Virus record (IMG/VR): IMGVR_UViG_3300022660_000065
Coordinates: 24,187 to 88,186 of that record
Origin: a virus
Lineage: Duplodnaviria; Caudoviricetes
Direction: 5' to 3' (one strand)
DNA: 64,000 nucleotides
The position numbers were made by a program, and so were the translations under genes. This document shows positions 48,911 through 58,643 of the stretch, one piece after another; positions within the stretch are counted from its first letter, which is position 1; each line of letters begins with the position of its first letter. The notes beneath the pieces are model-generated. The model did no database searches. It was not told the origin of the DNA and saw only the letters and a list, made by a program, of their open reading frames with translations.

Positions 48911-50085
48911 TGTTAAGAAAACGAATGAATAAATATAGTCTTCCTCTCAGAGAAGACCCAACGCCTCCTGAACAAAGAAAGAATCTTACTAAAGAGATTC
49001 TTAGAGATTCTACGTTTTTTCCTAAAACAGTTGAATATAAAGATATTGATGAGGCTTTTAAGGAATGGGTAGAGGAAGATTTAAGAATTGTTTTTGAAGA
49101 TGAGGCGTTACCAACATATGCTCTCTTTTCTAATCAGAGGTTTTCGGAATATGCTCAGATGTGGGATGGGGTCGACGAAAACAGAAACCTTAAAATGAAT
49201 TTTAAAGTCATTACAAGGGATAATAACCCTAAAGATAGTTCAATGTATGCCAAGGCAGGAAACATTCCAATCAATACGAAATATCTGATGATGAGAAAAG
49301 AAATTCTCAATGATGAAGGGAAAAAATGTTATCTTGAATATAGAGTGGCACAACCTGTTACGGTTGATTTATCTTATAGGATTATGTTGGTTACTAATAA
49401 GTATGAACTTCTTAATGAATTCAATTCATTAGTTCATAGTAAGTTTTCTTCAATACAGGCATATATTTTTCCAAATGACCATCCAATGCCAATGAGATTG
49501 GTTAACGTTTCTGATGAATCTGATTATACTGTTGATGACCGTCAGTATTTTGCTCAGGTTTTCGAAATAAAACTTTCAGGATATATCTTGAAGCAAGATG
49601 ATTTTGAGGAAAGGCTTGTTCCGATTATGAATCTTTCTTGTCTTTCTGTTGAAGGTAATCGTGTAAAGAAAGCCGATGTTGAAATTGAGGAAGTGGAAGA
49701 AGATTCTGAGATTCCTTGTTGGGTTGCTTCTGAAGACCGTTATTATAATCAGCCCGTAACTATTACAATGACGTACCTCACTTGTGATTCTGACCGTCGT
49801 GAATTTGAAATTGATTGTAAAGTTCTAATAAAGAAAATTGAGACAACGAATGTTCGACAATATAAGATAAGGGTTAATGGTGAAGTTGTTGTAGTTGATG
49901 AAGATGGTTTATATCTTGAAGAGGGTGATGTAATTAATGTCAATATCGCAAGAATCAATAAAATGAAGGATTCAAAGATAGTGTTTTATGGTGAGAATCC
50001 TGATGTGATTTATGACAAAATGAATGATGTACCTGAATCGGCTCTTGATGAGATAAATATTTCTCAAGAAATTGAGGTGCAATAA
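48910..50085 (+). CDS. Tail completion/sheath stabiliser (gp15-like)
   Basis: QPVTVDLSYRIMLVTNKYELLNEF pattern; position before the sheath gene. Confidence 0.6.
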   Translation: MLRKRMNKYSLPLREDPTPPEQRKNLTKEILRDSTFFPKTVEYKDIDEAFKEWVEEDLRIVFEDEALPTYALFSNQRFSEYAQMWDGVDENRNLKMNFKVITRDNNPKDSSMYAKAGNIPINTKYLMMRKEILNDEGKKCYLEYRVAQPVTVDLSYRIMLVTNKYELLNEFNSLVHSKFSSIQAYIFPNDHPMPMRLVNVSDESDYTVDDRQYFAQVFEIKLSGYILKQDDFEERLVPIMNLSCLSVEGNRVKKADVEIEEVEEDSEIPCWVASEDRYYNQPVTITMTYLTCDSDRREFEIDCKVLIKKIETTNVRQYKIRVNGEVVVVDEDGLYLEEGDVINVNIARINKMKDSKIVFYGENPDVIYDKMNDVPESALDEINISQEIEVQ

Positions 50086-50156
50086 TATCAAACTTTTGTT
50101 TTTTGGATATTTACAACTATTTATATTGAAAATAAACAGATAAAAATTATATAACA

Positions 50157-53084
50157 ATGATAGGCAATGCTAGAGGGTCACATTCTTCACCCGGCATCTA
50201 TACTAAAGAGATAGATTTGAGTTATGCTTCAAAAACTCTTGGCATAACAACATTGGGTGTTGTGGGCGAGACATTGAAAGGCCCTGCTTTTGAACCGATT
50301 AAAATTGAAAATTGGAGGGAGTTCGTTGACTATTTCGGTGGTACTTCTTCTGAGAAGTTTGCTGGAAGCCAATATCCAAAATATGAACTTCCTTATATTG
50401 CGAAGTCATACCTCAGAAATTCCAATCAGCTTGAGGTCTGCAGGGTGTTGGGTCTTTCAGGATACAATGCAGGACCTGCATGGCTTATTACTGCTGAAAA
50501 GGAAGTAAAGGAAGGTGCAACAGAAGAAACAAGTGAGAAATTTGTAGTTGCTGTTCTTCGTTCACGTGGTACCTACGATGGAAGTGGTGCTGCTTTTGAC
50601 CCATGTTCGGAAACGGGTACTTCTTATGATAAACTTACTTATTTTGCGACAGGCGTTTCATTAGAGAAATATGCTTCAGCAACAAAGACAATTGAGTGTA
50701 ACGGAACGTTAACTGGAGGTACTGAGGATGTGGATTTTAATGTATATTCGGGATTCTATGGTAAGTTCACAATTGTTGTTGGTGGTAATCGTTATCCTGT
50801 TTCTTTGAACCCGGGAGATAAGGATTACATTCTTAATGTTCTTGGTACAACTCCTTCAGATGGCAAGGCTCCAATTTTTGTGGAGGAACTTTATGATGTT
50901 GCTTTCATGAATATGGTTGATAGAGAAGAGGTTGATGTTATTTCTTCTGAAGTAACTCTTGTAACATCTGGTTTGGTTGGTGAGACTGATTTTACTCCGC
51001 TTACTCCTACTTATGAGCCTGTTCTTGGTATCTATGATGATAAAAAAGAATGGACTGTAGCAAATGTAGGACAGACTTATCTTGATGTTGATAATGCTAA
51101 GATTTATGAAGTAATCGCTGCTAAGGAAAATAATAGACGAGTTTATAAAGTTGATAGTGGTGTTACTATTACAAGTGGTACGGTTTATGTTCTCTCTGAA
51201 GATAGAATGTATCAATATGCAGAGGGTAAGATGATAAAACTTTCAACTGATGTGAATGACTATAAAGAAGGTTTCCGTTGTGCGTCAACTCCATGGGTTG
51301 TTTCTGAGCTTAAGGGTGATGGTAATAAGGTTGAAGTTAAAAAACTTTTCCGTTTCCACACAATTTCAGATGGTAATGCAGCAAACAAGGAGGTTAAGGT
51401 TTCAATTCAGAATATCCGTCCCGATGAAGGTCTCTTCGATGTGATTGTTCGTAGATTTGATGATATGGATGCAACTCCTGCGGTTCTTGAACGCTTTACT
51501 AAGTGTAGTATGGTACCGGGAACAAATAATTTCATCGGTTTCAAAATCGGTACATTCGATGGCGAATATATCGTTAAGTCAAAGTACATTACTGTTGAGG
51601 TTATTGCAAATGATATGACTGAGGCTTGCGTTCCTGCAGGTTTCCTTGGGTATCCAATGAGACAATGGGAAGATAGCATTAAAAATCCTGCAATGGGGTA
51701 TAATGTTAATGTTGAAGATGATATTAAACCTAAGAAACAGTATTTCGGTTTCTCTAATCTGATGGGTGTTGATGTTGACCTTTTCAACTATAAGGGAAAA
51801 AATGCTTATGATAATATTAAATCATTGAGTGACGGTTTCCACCTTGATGCAAGAATTTCCGCATATGATGAGATTAAAGTAATGGTTGATGATGCTGATG
51901 ATTATCATTTCATCACAGTATCGCCAAACAATATTCTTAGTGCGACATATGGTCAGAAGATGGAGATGCCTAAGATTGGAACTGAAGAAGAGATGCGTGG
52001 TACTATCTATGAAGATGTAAATCTTCGTAAGTTCACTGTATGTTTCTATGGTGGTTTTGATGGATGGGACCCTTACCGTGATGAACGTACAAATGGCGAT
52101 AAATTCAAGGCTAACAAATATAAAGGCGAGATTGCAAATGGCTTTGGCGTTAATTTCTCTCAGATTAATAATGTAGAGGCTCTTGAACTTTCAGGAAATT
52201 GCATAACTTCAGACTACTATGCGTATCTTGCAGGTGCTCGTCAGTTCTGTAATCCTGAGGCTGTTGACATTAACGTATTCTGTACACCGGGTATTGACTA
52301 TGTGAATCAGACAATGCTTTCACAGGAAATCCTTTCGATGATTGAAGAGGAACGTGGTGATTCAATTTATGTGATGACAACTCCTGACAAACCTTCAGGA
52401 AATTCAGACAATGATATGTATTACCCTGATGAGGCAGTTTCAAATCTTGAGGATGCTGAGATTGATTCGTCATATGCTGCAACATATTACCCTTGGGTTA
52501 AGTATTATGATGCCGACAACAGTGTATATATCAACCTTCCTGCTACAAAGGATGCGGTAACAGCAATGGCTTTCACTGATAATGTATCATATCCTTGGTT
52601 CGCCCCTGCAGGTACAGTTCGTGGCGCGGTTGATTGTGAACGTGCTCACTTCATCACCAAACTTGAGGATGAGGATGCCCTTTATGAAGGTATGATTAAC
52701 CCTATCAAGACATTCGCAACTGACGGTGTTAAAATTTGGGGTCAGAAGACAATGTATTCTGCAGATACACCGCTTAACAGAATCAATGTCCGTCGACTTA
52801 TGCTCCGCGTGAAGAAACTTATCACAGGTGCTTGTCGTAGACTTATCTTCGAACAGAATGATGCAACTGTAAAGGCTCAGTTCGAGGGACTTGTTAAACC
52901 AATCCTCGATGATATCAAGAGTAAGAGAGGTATCTACGATTACCGTCTTGAGGTTAATGATTCTGCTGAAGCAAGAGACCGTTTGGAATTGCCTGCAATT
53001 ATATACATCAAACCTACGAAGGCGCTCGAATATATTGACCTCTCATTCGTTATTATGCCTGAATCAGTGGCGTTCAATGAGTAA
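50157..53084 (+). CDS. gp18: Contractile tail sheath protein
   Basis: SPGIYTKEIDLS, YAATYYPWVKY, PWFAPAG..RG, INPI, WGQKT, RINVRRLM, PTKALEYI; ACTATTTAT at 50116-50124. Confidence 0.95.
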   Translation: MIGNARGSHSSPGIYTKEIDLSYASKTLGITTLGVVGETLKGPAFEPIKIENWREFVDYFGGTSSEKFAGSQYPKYELPYIAKSYLRNSNQLEVCRVLGLSGYNAGPAWLITAEKEVKEGATEETSEKFVVAVLRSRGTYDGSGAAFDPCSETGTSYDKLTYFATGVSLEKYASATKTIECNGTLTGGTEDVDFNVYSGFYGKFTIVVGGNRYPVSLNPGDKDYILNVLGTTPSDGKAPIFVEELYDVAFMNMVDREEVDVISSEVTLVTSGLVGETDFTPLTPTYEPVLGIYDDKKEWTVANVGQTYLDVDNAKIYEVIAAKENNRRVYKVDSGVTITSGTVYVLSEDRMYQYAEGKMIKLSTDVNDYKEGFRCASTPWVVSELKGDGNKVEVKKLFRFHTISDGNAANKEVKVSIQNIRPDEGLFDVIVRRFDDMDATPAVLERFTKCSMVPGTNNFIGFKIGTFDGEYIVKSKYITVEVIANDMTEACVPAGFLGYPMRQWEDSIKNPAMGYNVNVEDDIKPKKQYFGFSNLMGVDVDLFNYKGKNAYDNIKSLSDGFHLDARISAYDEIKVMVDDADDYHFITVSPNNILSATYGQKMEMPKIGTEEEMRGTIYEDVNLRKFTVCFYGGFDGWDPYRDERTNGDKFKANKYKGEIANGFGVNFSQINNVEALELSGNCITSDYYAYLAGARQFCNPEAVDINVFCTPGIDYVNQTMLSQEILSMIEEERGDSIYVMTTPDKPSGNSDNDMYYPDEAVSNLEDAEIDSSYAATYYPWVKYYDADNSVYINLPATKDAVTAMAFTDNVSYPWFAPAGTVRGAVDCERAHFITKLEDEDALYEGMINPIKTFATDGVKIWGQKTMYSADTPLNRINVRRLMLRVKKLITGACRRLIFEQNDATVKAQFEGLVKPILDDIKSKRGIYDYRLEVNDSAEARDRLELPAIIYIKPTKALEYIDLSFVIMPESVAFNE

Positions 53085-53106
53085 TTGATATTCAAATAGT
53101 TATAAG

Positions 53107-53136
53107 AAAAGAGGAGTAGAATTCTACTCCTCTTTT
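53107..53136. terminator. Bidirectional terminator
   Basis: AAAAGAGGAGTAGA-AT-TCTACTCCTCTTTT. Confidence 0.8.
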
Positions 53137-54926
53137 TTGTATTTAAATTTCAGTGTACCACAGTCCCAAATACGTGTATATCCCCTTTCTTTCATTATTT
53201 CTTTTTCAGTTTTATTTGGGTCAGCGCCTTCTTTTATTAACTTATGTTTCATAAATTTACAACGATTAAGCCTATGAACAAAATCATTACTTGCTAAATA
53301 GAAGTAATTCGGGCTTGATGTATTAATATATTCGAAACCGTTCTTACTATAAACAGTATTTTGTGGGTTTATACCGCTCCATCTTATATCGGCATATGTT
53401 ATTAATTCACTTGGTTTGTGTTGTTTCATGAAATGTTTCATAATTTTGGAAAAGCCACCAACAACATTATGGTTGATTTTATTAGCAAAACGTATCAATT
53501 CAAATTGTTGTTTTTTTGAAATTTTCCTTTCGCCAAAAGAGGCTGCACAAACAAGTTCGTTTTCTAAAAATAATCCGAAATTATATTTGGAGACAGAATC
53601 CCCATCAATATGATTTATATTAAAGAAATTCTTTTTCTCATTATAAGAAAGTTCTCTAATTTTGCATTGTCTGGCATAAACGGTAATAGGTGTTTTGCCA
53701 ATAAGATTTAATATTCTTGATTTCACAATATCATATTTCAAGCGGATTTCGTCTTCAAAAATGTGAATTAGTTTGATTCCCTGTTCGTCACATAATTTTG
53801 TTTTATTTAGATGATAATTTTTATCTTTTTTAAGTTCTGAATGCCAATAATTCCCATCAATTTCAAATGCTAATCTATATTCAGGTAAATAAAAATCAAG
53901 TTCCAGAGGTTTTATAACACTTCGTGTGTTTTTATGATAAAATATATTTTGCTCTTTGAGAATTTCCTCTATTTGTGTAGAAATGATACTTTCATAAATA
54001 ACATTGTCGATAGGATGACATACTCGGCAAATATTATGTGTTGTTTGTTCAGTTAAATTCCCTAAACAATATGTAGTGAATACGGTTCCACACTTATTAC
54101 ATTTTACAGTACAGTCAAACCTATTGCGAAATTCTAATAATGTAAGGTTATCATCTTCACAAATTTTAGTGTATTTTGGTATAAGTTGTTCGTTTTTAAT
54201 TTTTTCACTGCGTTGAGACCAATCGACGGATTTAAGTAGTTTTGACATTTTTTCTCTATATTCCTTGGATTGGTTTGGTTTTGTGGTACCATATTTTTCC
54301 AAAAAAGTTTTTTCTCTATTTTTTTGTATTTCTTGTTTTTGTTCGATAGTCATTTTACTAAAAGAAGATTTTAGGGAAAGACTTCTTTTTTGGTTAATCT
54401 CTGTTTTATGTATTTGAATGTACTTTTTATAACATTCTTCTGAACATGTTATTTTTTCATATTTTTTACGAATATAAAATTGTTTTCCACAGATAGGGCA
54501 TGTTCTCCATTCGTAGTATTGTTTAGAGTTTTCTTCTCTTTTACATTTAGGGCAACCATACCCTTTTATTAATGACGAAGGCTTCTGTGTGAAGTCTCCA
54601 TGTATTGGGCATGTAATGGTTACTTTAGTTTCATAATCAACATAAATTGTTTTTGAATAATCATATTTGTCCCCGTGAATAGAACGGACTTTATTTATGA
54701 AAATATCAGTATCAACAAAATTATGCAAGCCACAGGTTGGACAGCCCTGTTTTTGTCTTATGTGGTTTAGTGGCGCTTGCCAAAATTCACCATGCTCAGG
54801 ACAAATGATGCACACTTTTGTTTTATTATTCTTATATTCAACTTTTGAATAATCATATTTGTTACCGTGAACTTTTCTTGCTTCTTCAATGAATTCTGCA
54901 GTTGTTTTTCTTTTTGTACTTATCAT
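53124..54926 (-). CDS. Hef-like homing endonuclease (DUF723-like Zn repeats, Vsr-like nuclease, GNAT-like C-terminus)
   Basis: YDYSKV.Y...KVCIICPEHGEFWQ..GCPTC repeats; LDFYLPEYRLAFEIDGNYWHS; TYADIRW; IWDCG. Confidence 0.8.
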   Translation of the reverse strand: MISTKRKTTAEFIEEARKVHGNKYDYSKVEYKNNKTKVCIICPEHGEFWQAPLNHIRQKQGCPTCGLHNFVDTDIFINKVRSIHGDKYDYSKTIYVDYETKVTITCPIHGDFTQKPSSLIKGYGCPKCKREENSKQYYEWRTCPICGKQFYIRKKYEKITCSEECYKKYIQIHKTEINQKRSLSLKSSFSKMTIEQKQEIQKNREKTFLEKYGTTKPNQSKEYREKMSKLLKSVDWSQRSEKIKNEQLIPKYTKICEDDNLTLLEFRNRFDCTVKCNKCGTVFTTYCLGNLTEQTTHNICRVCHPIDNVIYESIISTQIEEILKEQNIFYHKNTRSVIKPLELDFYLPEYRLAFEIDGNYWHSELKKDKNYHLNKTKLCDEQGIKLIHIFEDEIRLKYDIVKSRILNLIGKTPITVYARQCKIRELSYNEKKNFFNINHIDGDSVSKYNFGLFLENELVCAASFGERKISKKQQFELIRFANKINHNVVGGFSKIMKHFMKQHKPSELITYADIRWSGINPQNTVYSKNGFEYINTSSPNYFYLASNDFVHRLNRCKFMKHKLIKEGADPNKTEKEIMKERGYTRIWDCGTLKFKYKKEE

Positions 54927-54928
54927 TT

Positions 54929-55099
54929 TTAAAGTTTTTTACCATTTATTAAATTTTGTACATCACTTTCTTTATAACGTCTTTGATTCCCACAAGTTCT
55001 AACAGAAATTAATTTTCCATTATTATCCCAATTTCTTAAAGTATTTTTACTGACGTTTAGTATTTCAGCAACTTCAGATAATTTAAGCAATTTTTCCAT
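54929..55099 (-). CDS. MerR/excisionase-type HTH DNA-binding protein (56 aa, missed by the ORF track)
   Basis: Manual translation MEKLLKLSEVAEILNVSKNTLRNWDNNGKLISVRTCGNQRRYKESDVQNLINGKKL*; stop is 2 nt before the endonuclease ATG. Confidence 0.8.
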   Translation of the reverse strand: MEKLLKLSEVAEILNVSKNTLRNWDNNGKLISVRTCGNQRRYKESDVQNLINGKKL

Positions 55100-55193
55100 A
55101 TCTTTTTATTATAAATATTATCATATTTTGAAAACTTTTGGTAAGTTTTAATAAGTTTTGTAAATATAGTATTTTTTATTCATAAAAACAAAA

Positions 55194-55219
55194 AAAGGAT
55201 GGTATTTTTACCATCCTTT
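55194..55219 (-). terminator. Intrinsic terminator after the tail tube gene
   Basis: AAAGGATGGT-loop-ACCATCCTTT with a T tract on the minus strand. Confidence 0.75.
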
Positions 55220-55246
55220 ATATTTAAAATATTTATTATCAATAAA

Positions 55247-55735
55247 TTAATACGCAAGTAAAGCGTAGTCTATTTTGAGACTCATTGTAATCTGAGCAAT
55301 ACCGTCATCAGAATAGTTAAGGTCTCCGAATTTTACATTCTCGGGCCATGCATTCTTAAGTACCCAAAGTTGTACAACAACTCCTGTTGGGTCAAGCATT
55401 GCAAGTTCAACATCTCTCTTATATCCTGCAGCATAACCTTGACGTCCTGTTGCTGACTCTGAAATCAAACGTTCCCATTCCATGATTGCCTGTGAAGCAG
55501 AAGGGCCTATTGGGTCATTAAGAGTTACATTTACTGAATCCCAAACGTAACGTCCTGCAACATATGTTTCAGTATTAAGGAACTGTATTGGTTTTGCGGT
55601 TTGTGAAACTCCGGGACGAGAAGCTGATGCAAGGTACCATTCCTGAATTCCAAGGTCAGCAGGGAATCTCATAATCCATCTATTTTTTCTCAGCGGCTCG
55701 TATTGAAGCGGCATTTTTAAAAGCATATCAGACAT
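55247..55735 (-). CDS. gp19: Tail tube protein
   Basis: EPLRKNRWIMRF, YVAGRYVW, LNDPIGPSASQAIMEW, GYAAGYKRD, WVLKNAWP, YSDD; likely start ATG 55735; ACTATTTAT at 55774-55782. Confidence 0.88.
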   Translation of the reverse strand: MSDMLLKMPLQYEPLRKNRWIMRFPADLGIQEWYLASASRPGVSQTAKPIQFLNTETYVAGRYVWDSVNVTLNDPIGPSASQAIMEWERLISESATGRQGYAAGYKRDVELAMLDPTGVVVQLWVLKNAWPENVKFGDLNYSDDGIAQITMSLKIDYALLAY

Positions 55736-55805
55736 TTTAAGTAATTCTTGGCTATTTATTATAGTATTCAAATATAAATAGTACTAATAAAGTTTTTTTA
55801 AAAAA

Positions 55806-55836
55806 TTGTTTTATAAAAAATAAGTTAATATATTTG
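55806..55836 (+). promoter_or_regulatory. Promoter with Bacteroidota-type -7 box
   Basis: TTGTTT-N17-TATATTTG (TAnnTTTG) 9 nt before the ATG at 55845. Confidence 0.5.
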
Positions 55837-55844
55837 CCTATCAT

Positions 55845-57524
55845 ATGGAAAACAAAAATATGGAAAAACAAAAAAAATTTATTGAAAAAGCAATAAAACG
55901 GCATAGTAATAAATATGATTATTCAAAAGTTGAATACATAAACAGTAATACAAAGGTTTGTATTATATGCCCTGAGCATGGGGAATTTTGGCAAACACCA
56001 CAAGCTCATGTAAGGGGGAATTGTTGCCCCAAATGTGCTCTTGAAAATAGGACTCTTAATACGAGAAGTTCGGTAGAAGAGTTTATTGAAAAAGCACGTG
56101 AGATTCATGGTGATGAATATGATTATTCGAAAGTGAATTATATTAATGCTAGGACTAAAGTCTGTATTGTTTGTTCAAAACATGGTGATTTTTGGCAAAT
56201 GCCCTCTGTTCATTTAACTGGACAAGGTTGTCCCAAATGTGCGGGGAGGGGTATGGATAAATTTATTTTTATTGAAAAAGCAAAGAGTATTCATAGAAAT
56301 AAGTTTGACTATTCGAAGGTAGAATACATAAACAGTAATACAAAGGTTTGTATTATATGCCCTGAGCATGGGGAATTTTGGCAAACACCGGCTAAACATT
56401 TATATGGGCAAGGATGTCCTAAATGTGGTAAGGTGAGTATGGCAGAAAAACTCACAGTTAAGTATGATGAATATATTAAACGGGTAAAAAAAATCCATGG
56501 GGAAAAATATGATTATTCGAGCATAAAGAAGTTTGAAACATTACATTCGAAAATAGATATTATTTGTCCCAAGCATGGTAACTTTACTCAATTTGCGTAT
56601 GACCATTTAGCTGGGCATGGTTGTCCATCTTGTGCTATGTTGGAATCAAATGCAGAAAGGGAAATATATGATTTTATATGTAATATGGTAGGGAGTGAAA
56701 ATGTGGTGAAAAAAGATAGAGTTATTTTAGAAGGAAGAGAAATTGATATTTTAATTCCGAGTTTAAATATTGGTTTTGAATACAATGGTTTGAGATGGCA
56801 CAGTGAGGAATTTGGTAAGGATAGCGCATATCATTTATCAAAAACTATTAAATGTATTGATAAAGGTATAAAATTAGTTCAAATTTTTGAAGATGAATAT
56901 TTACGTCATAAAGATGTGGTTTTAGGAAAAATAAGACATATTTTGGGTAAAACTAATAATAAACATAAAATATTTGGTAGGAAATGCTTGGTTACTGAGA
57001 CAAATTGTACTGTTGCCGAAGAATTTTTAAGCAAATATCATATTCAAGGATATAGCAAGTCTACAGTATGTCTATGTGCTTATTATGAGAATAATATAGT
57101 TGCTGTAATGACATTTAAACGGGAAAATAAAAATTCTAATAAATGGGAGTTGACGAGGTTTGCGTCTGACTATAATTATGTTTGTTGTGGTGTTGGGGGA
57201 AAGATGTTTAAATATTTTGTTGAAAAATATAATCCCGATGAGGTCAAATCATTTGCTGATAGGAGATGGACAATAAATGAAGGAGATAATCTATATACAA
57301 AATTGGGATTTAACTTAGATGGTGTATTAAAGCCTGATTATCGTTACATCAATACACATAAATCTGTTGAACGGATACATAAATTCAATTTCAGAAAACA
57401 AAATCTTAATAGGAAATATGGTTTTCCATTAACTATGACAGAAAGTGAGATGGCTAAGGAACTTGATTATGTAAAAATATGGGATTGTGGGTTGTATAGA
57501 TATATATGGAAAAATAATGGGTAG
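55845..57524 (+). CDS. Hef-like homing endonuclease (4 DUF723-like Zn repeats, Vsr-like nuclease, GNAT-like C-terminus)
   Basis: Four YDYS..Y...K(V/I).I.C..HG.F.Q...H..G.GCP.C units; IDILIPSLNIGFEYNGLRWHS; WELTRFA; SFADRRW; IWDCG. Confidence 0.8.
   Translation: MENKNMEKQKKFIEKAIKRHSNKYDYSKVEYINSNTKVCIICPEHGEFWQTPQAHVRGNCCPKCALENRTLNTRSSVEEFIEKAREIHGDEYDYSKVNYINARTKVCIVCSKHGDFWQMPSVHLTGQGCPKCAGRGMDKFIFIEKAKSIHRNKFDYSKVEYINSNTKVCIICPEHGEFWQTPAKHLYGQGCPKCGKVSMAEKLTVKYDEYIKRVKKIHGEKYDYSSIKKFETLHSKIDIICPKHGNFTQFAYDHLAGHGCPSCAMLESNAEREIYDFICNMVGSENVVKKDRVILEGREIDILIPSLNIGFEYNGLRWHSEEFGKDSAYHLSKTIKCIDKGIKLVQIFEDEYLRHKDVVLGKIRHILGKTNNKHKIFGRKCLVTETNCTVAEEFLSKYHIQGYSKSTVCLCAYYENNIVAVMTFKRENKNSNKWELTRFASDYNYVCCGVGGKMFKYFVEKYNPDEVKSFADRRWTINEGDNLYTKLGFNLDGVLKPDYRYINTHKSVERIHKFNFRKQNLNRKYGFPLTMTESEMAKELDYVKIWDCGLYRYIWKNNG
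55932..56389 (+). repeat. Perfect 68-bp direct repeat (55932-55999 and 56322-56389)
   Basis: Identical GAATACATAAAC...GGCAAACACC in two Zn-repeat units, 390 bp apart. Confidence 0.9.
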
Positions 57525-57541
57525 GAGTGCTCCTACCCATT
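57516..57541. terminator. Bidirectional terminator
   Basis: AATGGGTAGGA-GTGC-TCCTACCCATT. Confidence 0.8.
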
Positions 57542-57564
57542 TTAATTTTCTTAAAAATGGTTGT

Positions 57565-57909
57565 TTATTCTTTGTTCATTTTTCCTTCCTCAGGATTTTT
57601 ATCGGCCATTTGCCAAATTTTCTTAAGTACAAGATAATAACTATCCTCAGTGTTATCAGCAAGTTCAGCCATTGCTTTCAATGCCATTTTTCTGATTTGG
57701 TCAACGATATCTTTTCCTGGCATAGCCATTGGTTTTTCCATTGGCATTGAATCTTCAACAGGAAGTTCACTTTCAGGATATTCTTCATCCCCCTCACACA
57801 TTTCCATTTCTCTTTCTGGCGAGAAATGAATTGTTTCCATAAGGGTTGGTATGTTTTTTGACATTTTATTAATTTCGTTAATGTCTTGTTTCAAATTTCT
57901 TTTTGCCAT
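57565..57909 (-). CDS. Hypothetical protein
   Basis: About 114-aa ORF (MAKRNLKQDINE); ACTATTTAT at 57930-57938. Confidence 0.6.
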   Translation of the reverse strand: MAKRNLKQDINEINKMSKNIPTLMETIHFSPEREMEMCEGDEEYPESELPVEDSMPMEKPMAMPGKDIVDQIRKMALKAMAELADNTEDSYYLVLKKIWQMADKNPEEGKMNKE

Positions 57910-58011
57910 ATTCAATGGTTATTTTGAATATAAATAGTTCGTTCAATGTTTTTTTACGTAAATTATTGACAATGTTTAAGAAAATAGTTATTTTTCTGAT
58001 AAAATCATCAT

Positions 58012-58593
58012 ATGGATGTTTTTGATGGTCTTGAATTAAAAGAAGAAAGAAAAATAATAAAAAATATAAAAGCAAGGTGGAGTAATATGGCACAGGCAAT
58101 TGATAGATTTGACCGTGAGGGTTTAAGAAATGTAATCCGTGAGATTAATTTGGATGATTATAAGCAATCTAATAGGATGGCAGACCTTATTGAAGAAGAT
58201 AGAAAACAAGGAACTTCTTATAAGGATGCAATGTTGACTGAAGATGAGTTGATAAATGTGATACAGTATCTTCGTTCTCCGTCAGGTAGGGGTGATAAGA
58301 CTCGTCTTGAATATATGGTGGGACATGAAAGGGATAGAAGTGGTAGTAGATATAGTTTCCCAAATGCATTTGGAGATGTTTTAATGGAGGAAAAGAAGAA
58401 AGAGGAGATGGAGTATGTTCGTGAGATGGGCGGGGGGTGTCCTATAGTTAATGACGGTAAAAATGTTTTCATGGAAGAAAGAGTTGTTGCTCAGCCGCAG
58501 AAGCCATCGCTTGATGACATCAAGGCGCGTTATATGAGGGAAATGGATGCTCTTACAAAGAAATTTCAGGAGGAAATTAATAATCTTGAATAA
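58012..58593 (+). CDS. Hypothetical protein
   Basis: 193-aa ORF; TTGACA-N17-TATTTT at 57966-57994. Confidence 0.6.
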   Translation: MDVFDGLELKEERKIIKNIKARWSNMAQAIDRFDREGLRNVIREINLDDYKQSNRMADLIEEDRKQGTSYKDAMLTEDELINVIQYLRSPSGRGDKTRLEYMVGHERDRSGSRYSFPNAFGDVLMEEKKKEEMEYVREMGGGCPIVNDGKNVFMEERVVAQPQKPSLDDIKARYMREMDALTKKFQEEINNLE

Positions 58594-58643
58594 TTTTTTG
58601 TTTAAAAATCTAATATCTGGTATATATTGTAAAACGATATATA

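Noticed and set aside
54929-55099. IS607 transposon
   Set aside because: Only the HTH is present; no serine recombinase domain and no TnpB/RuvC
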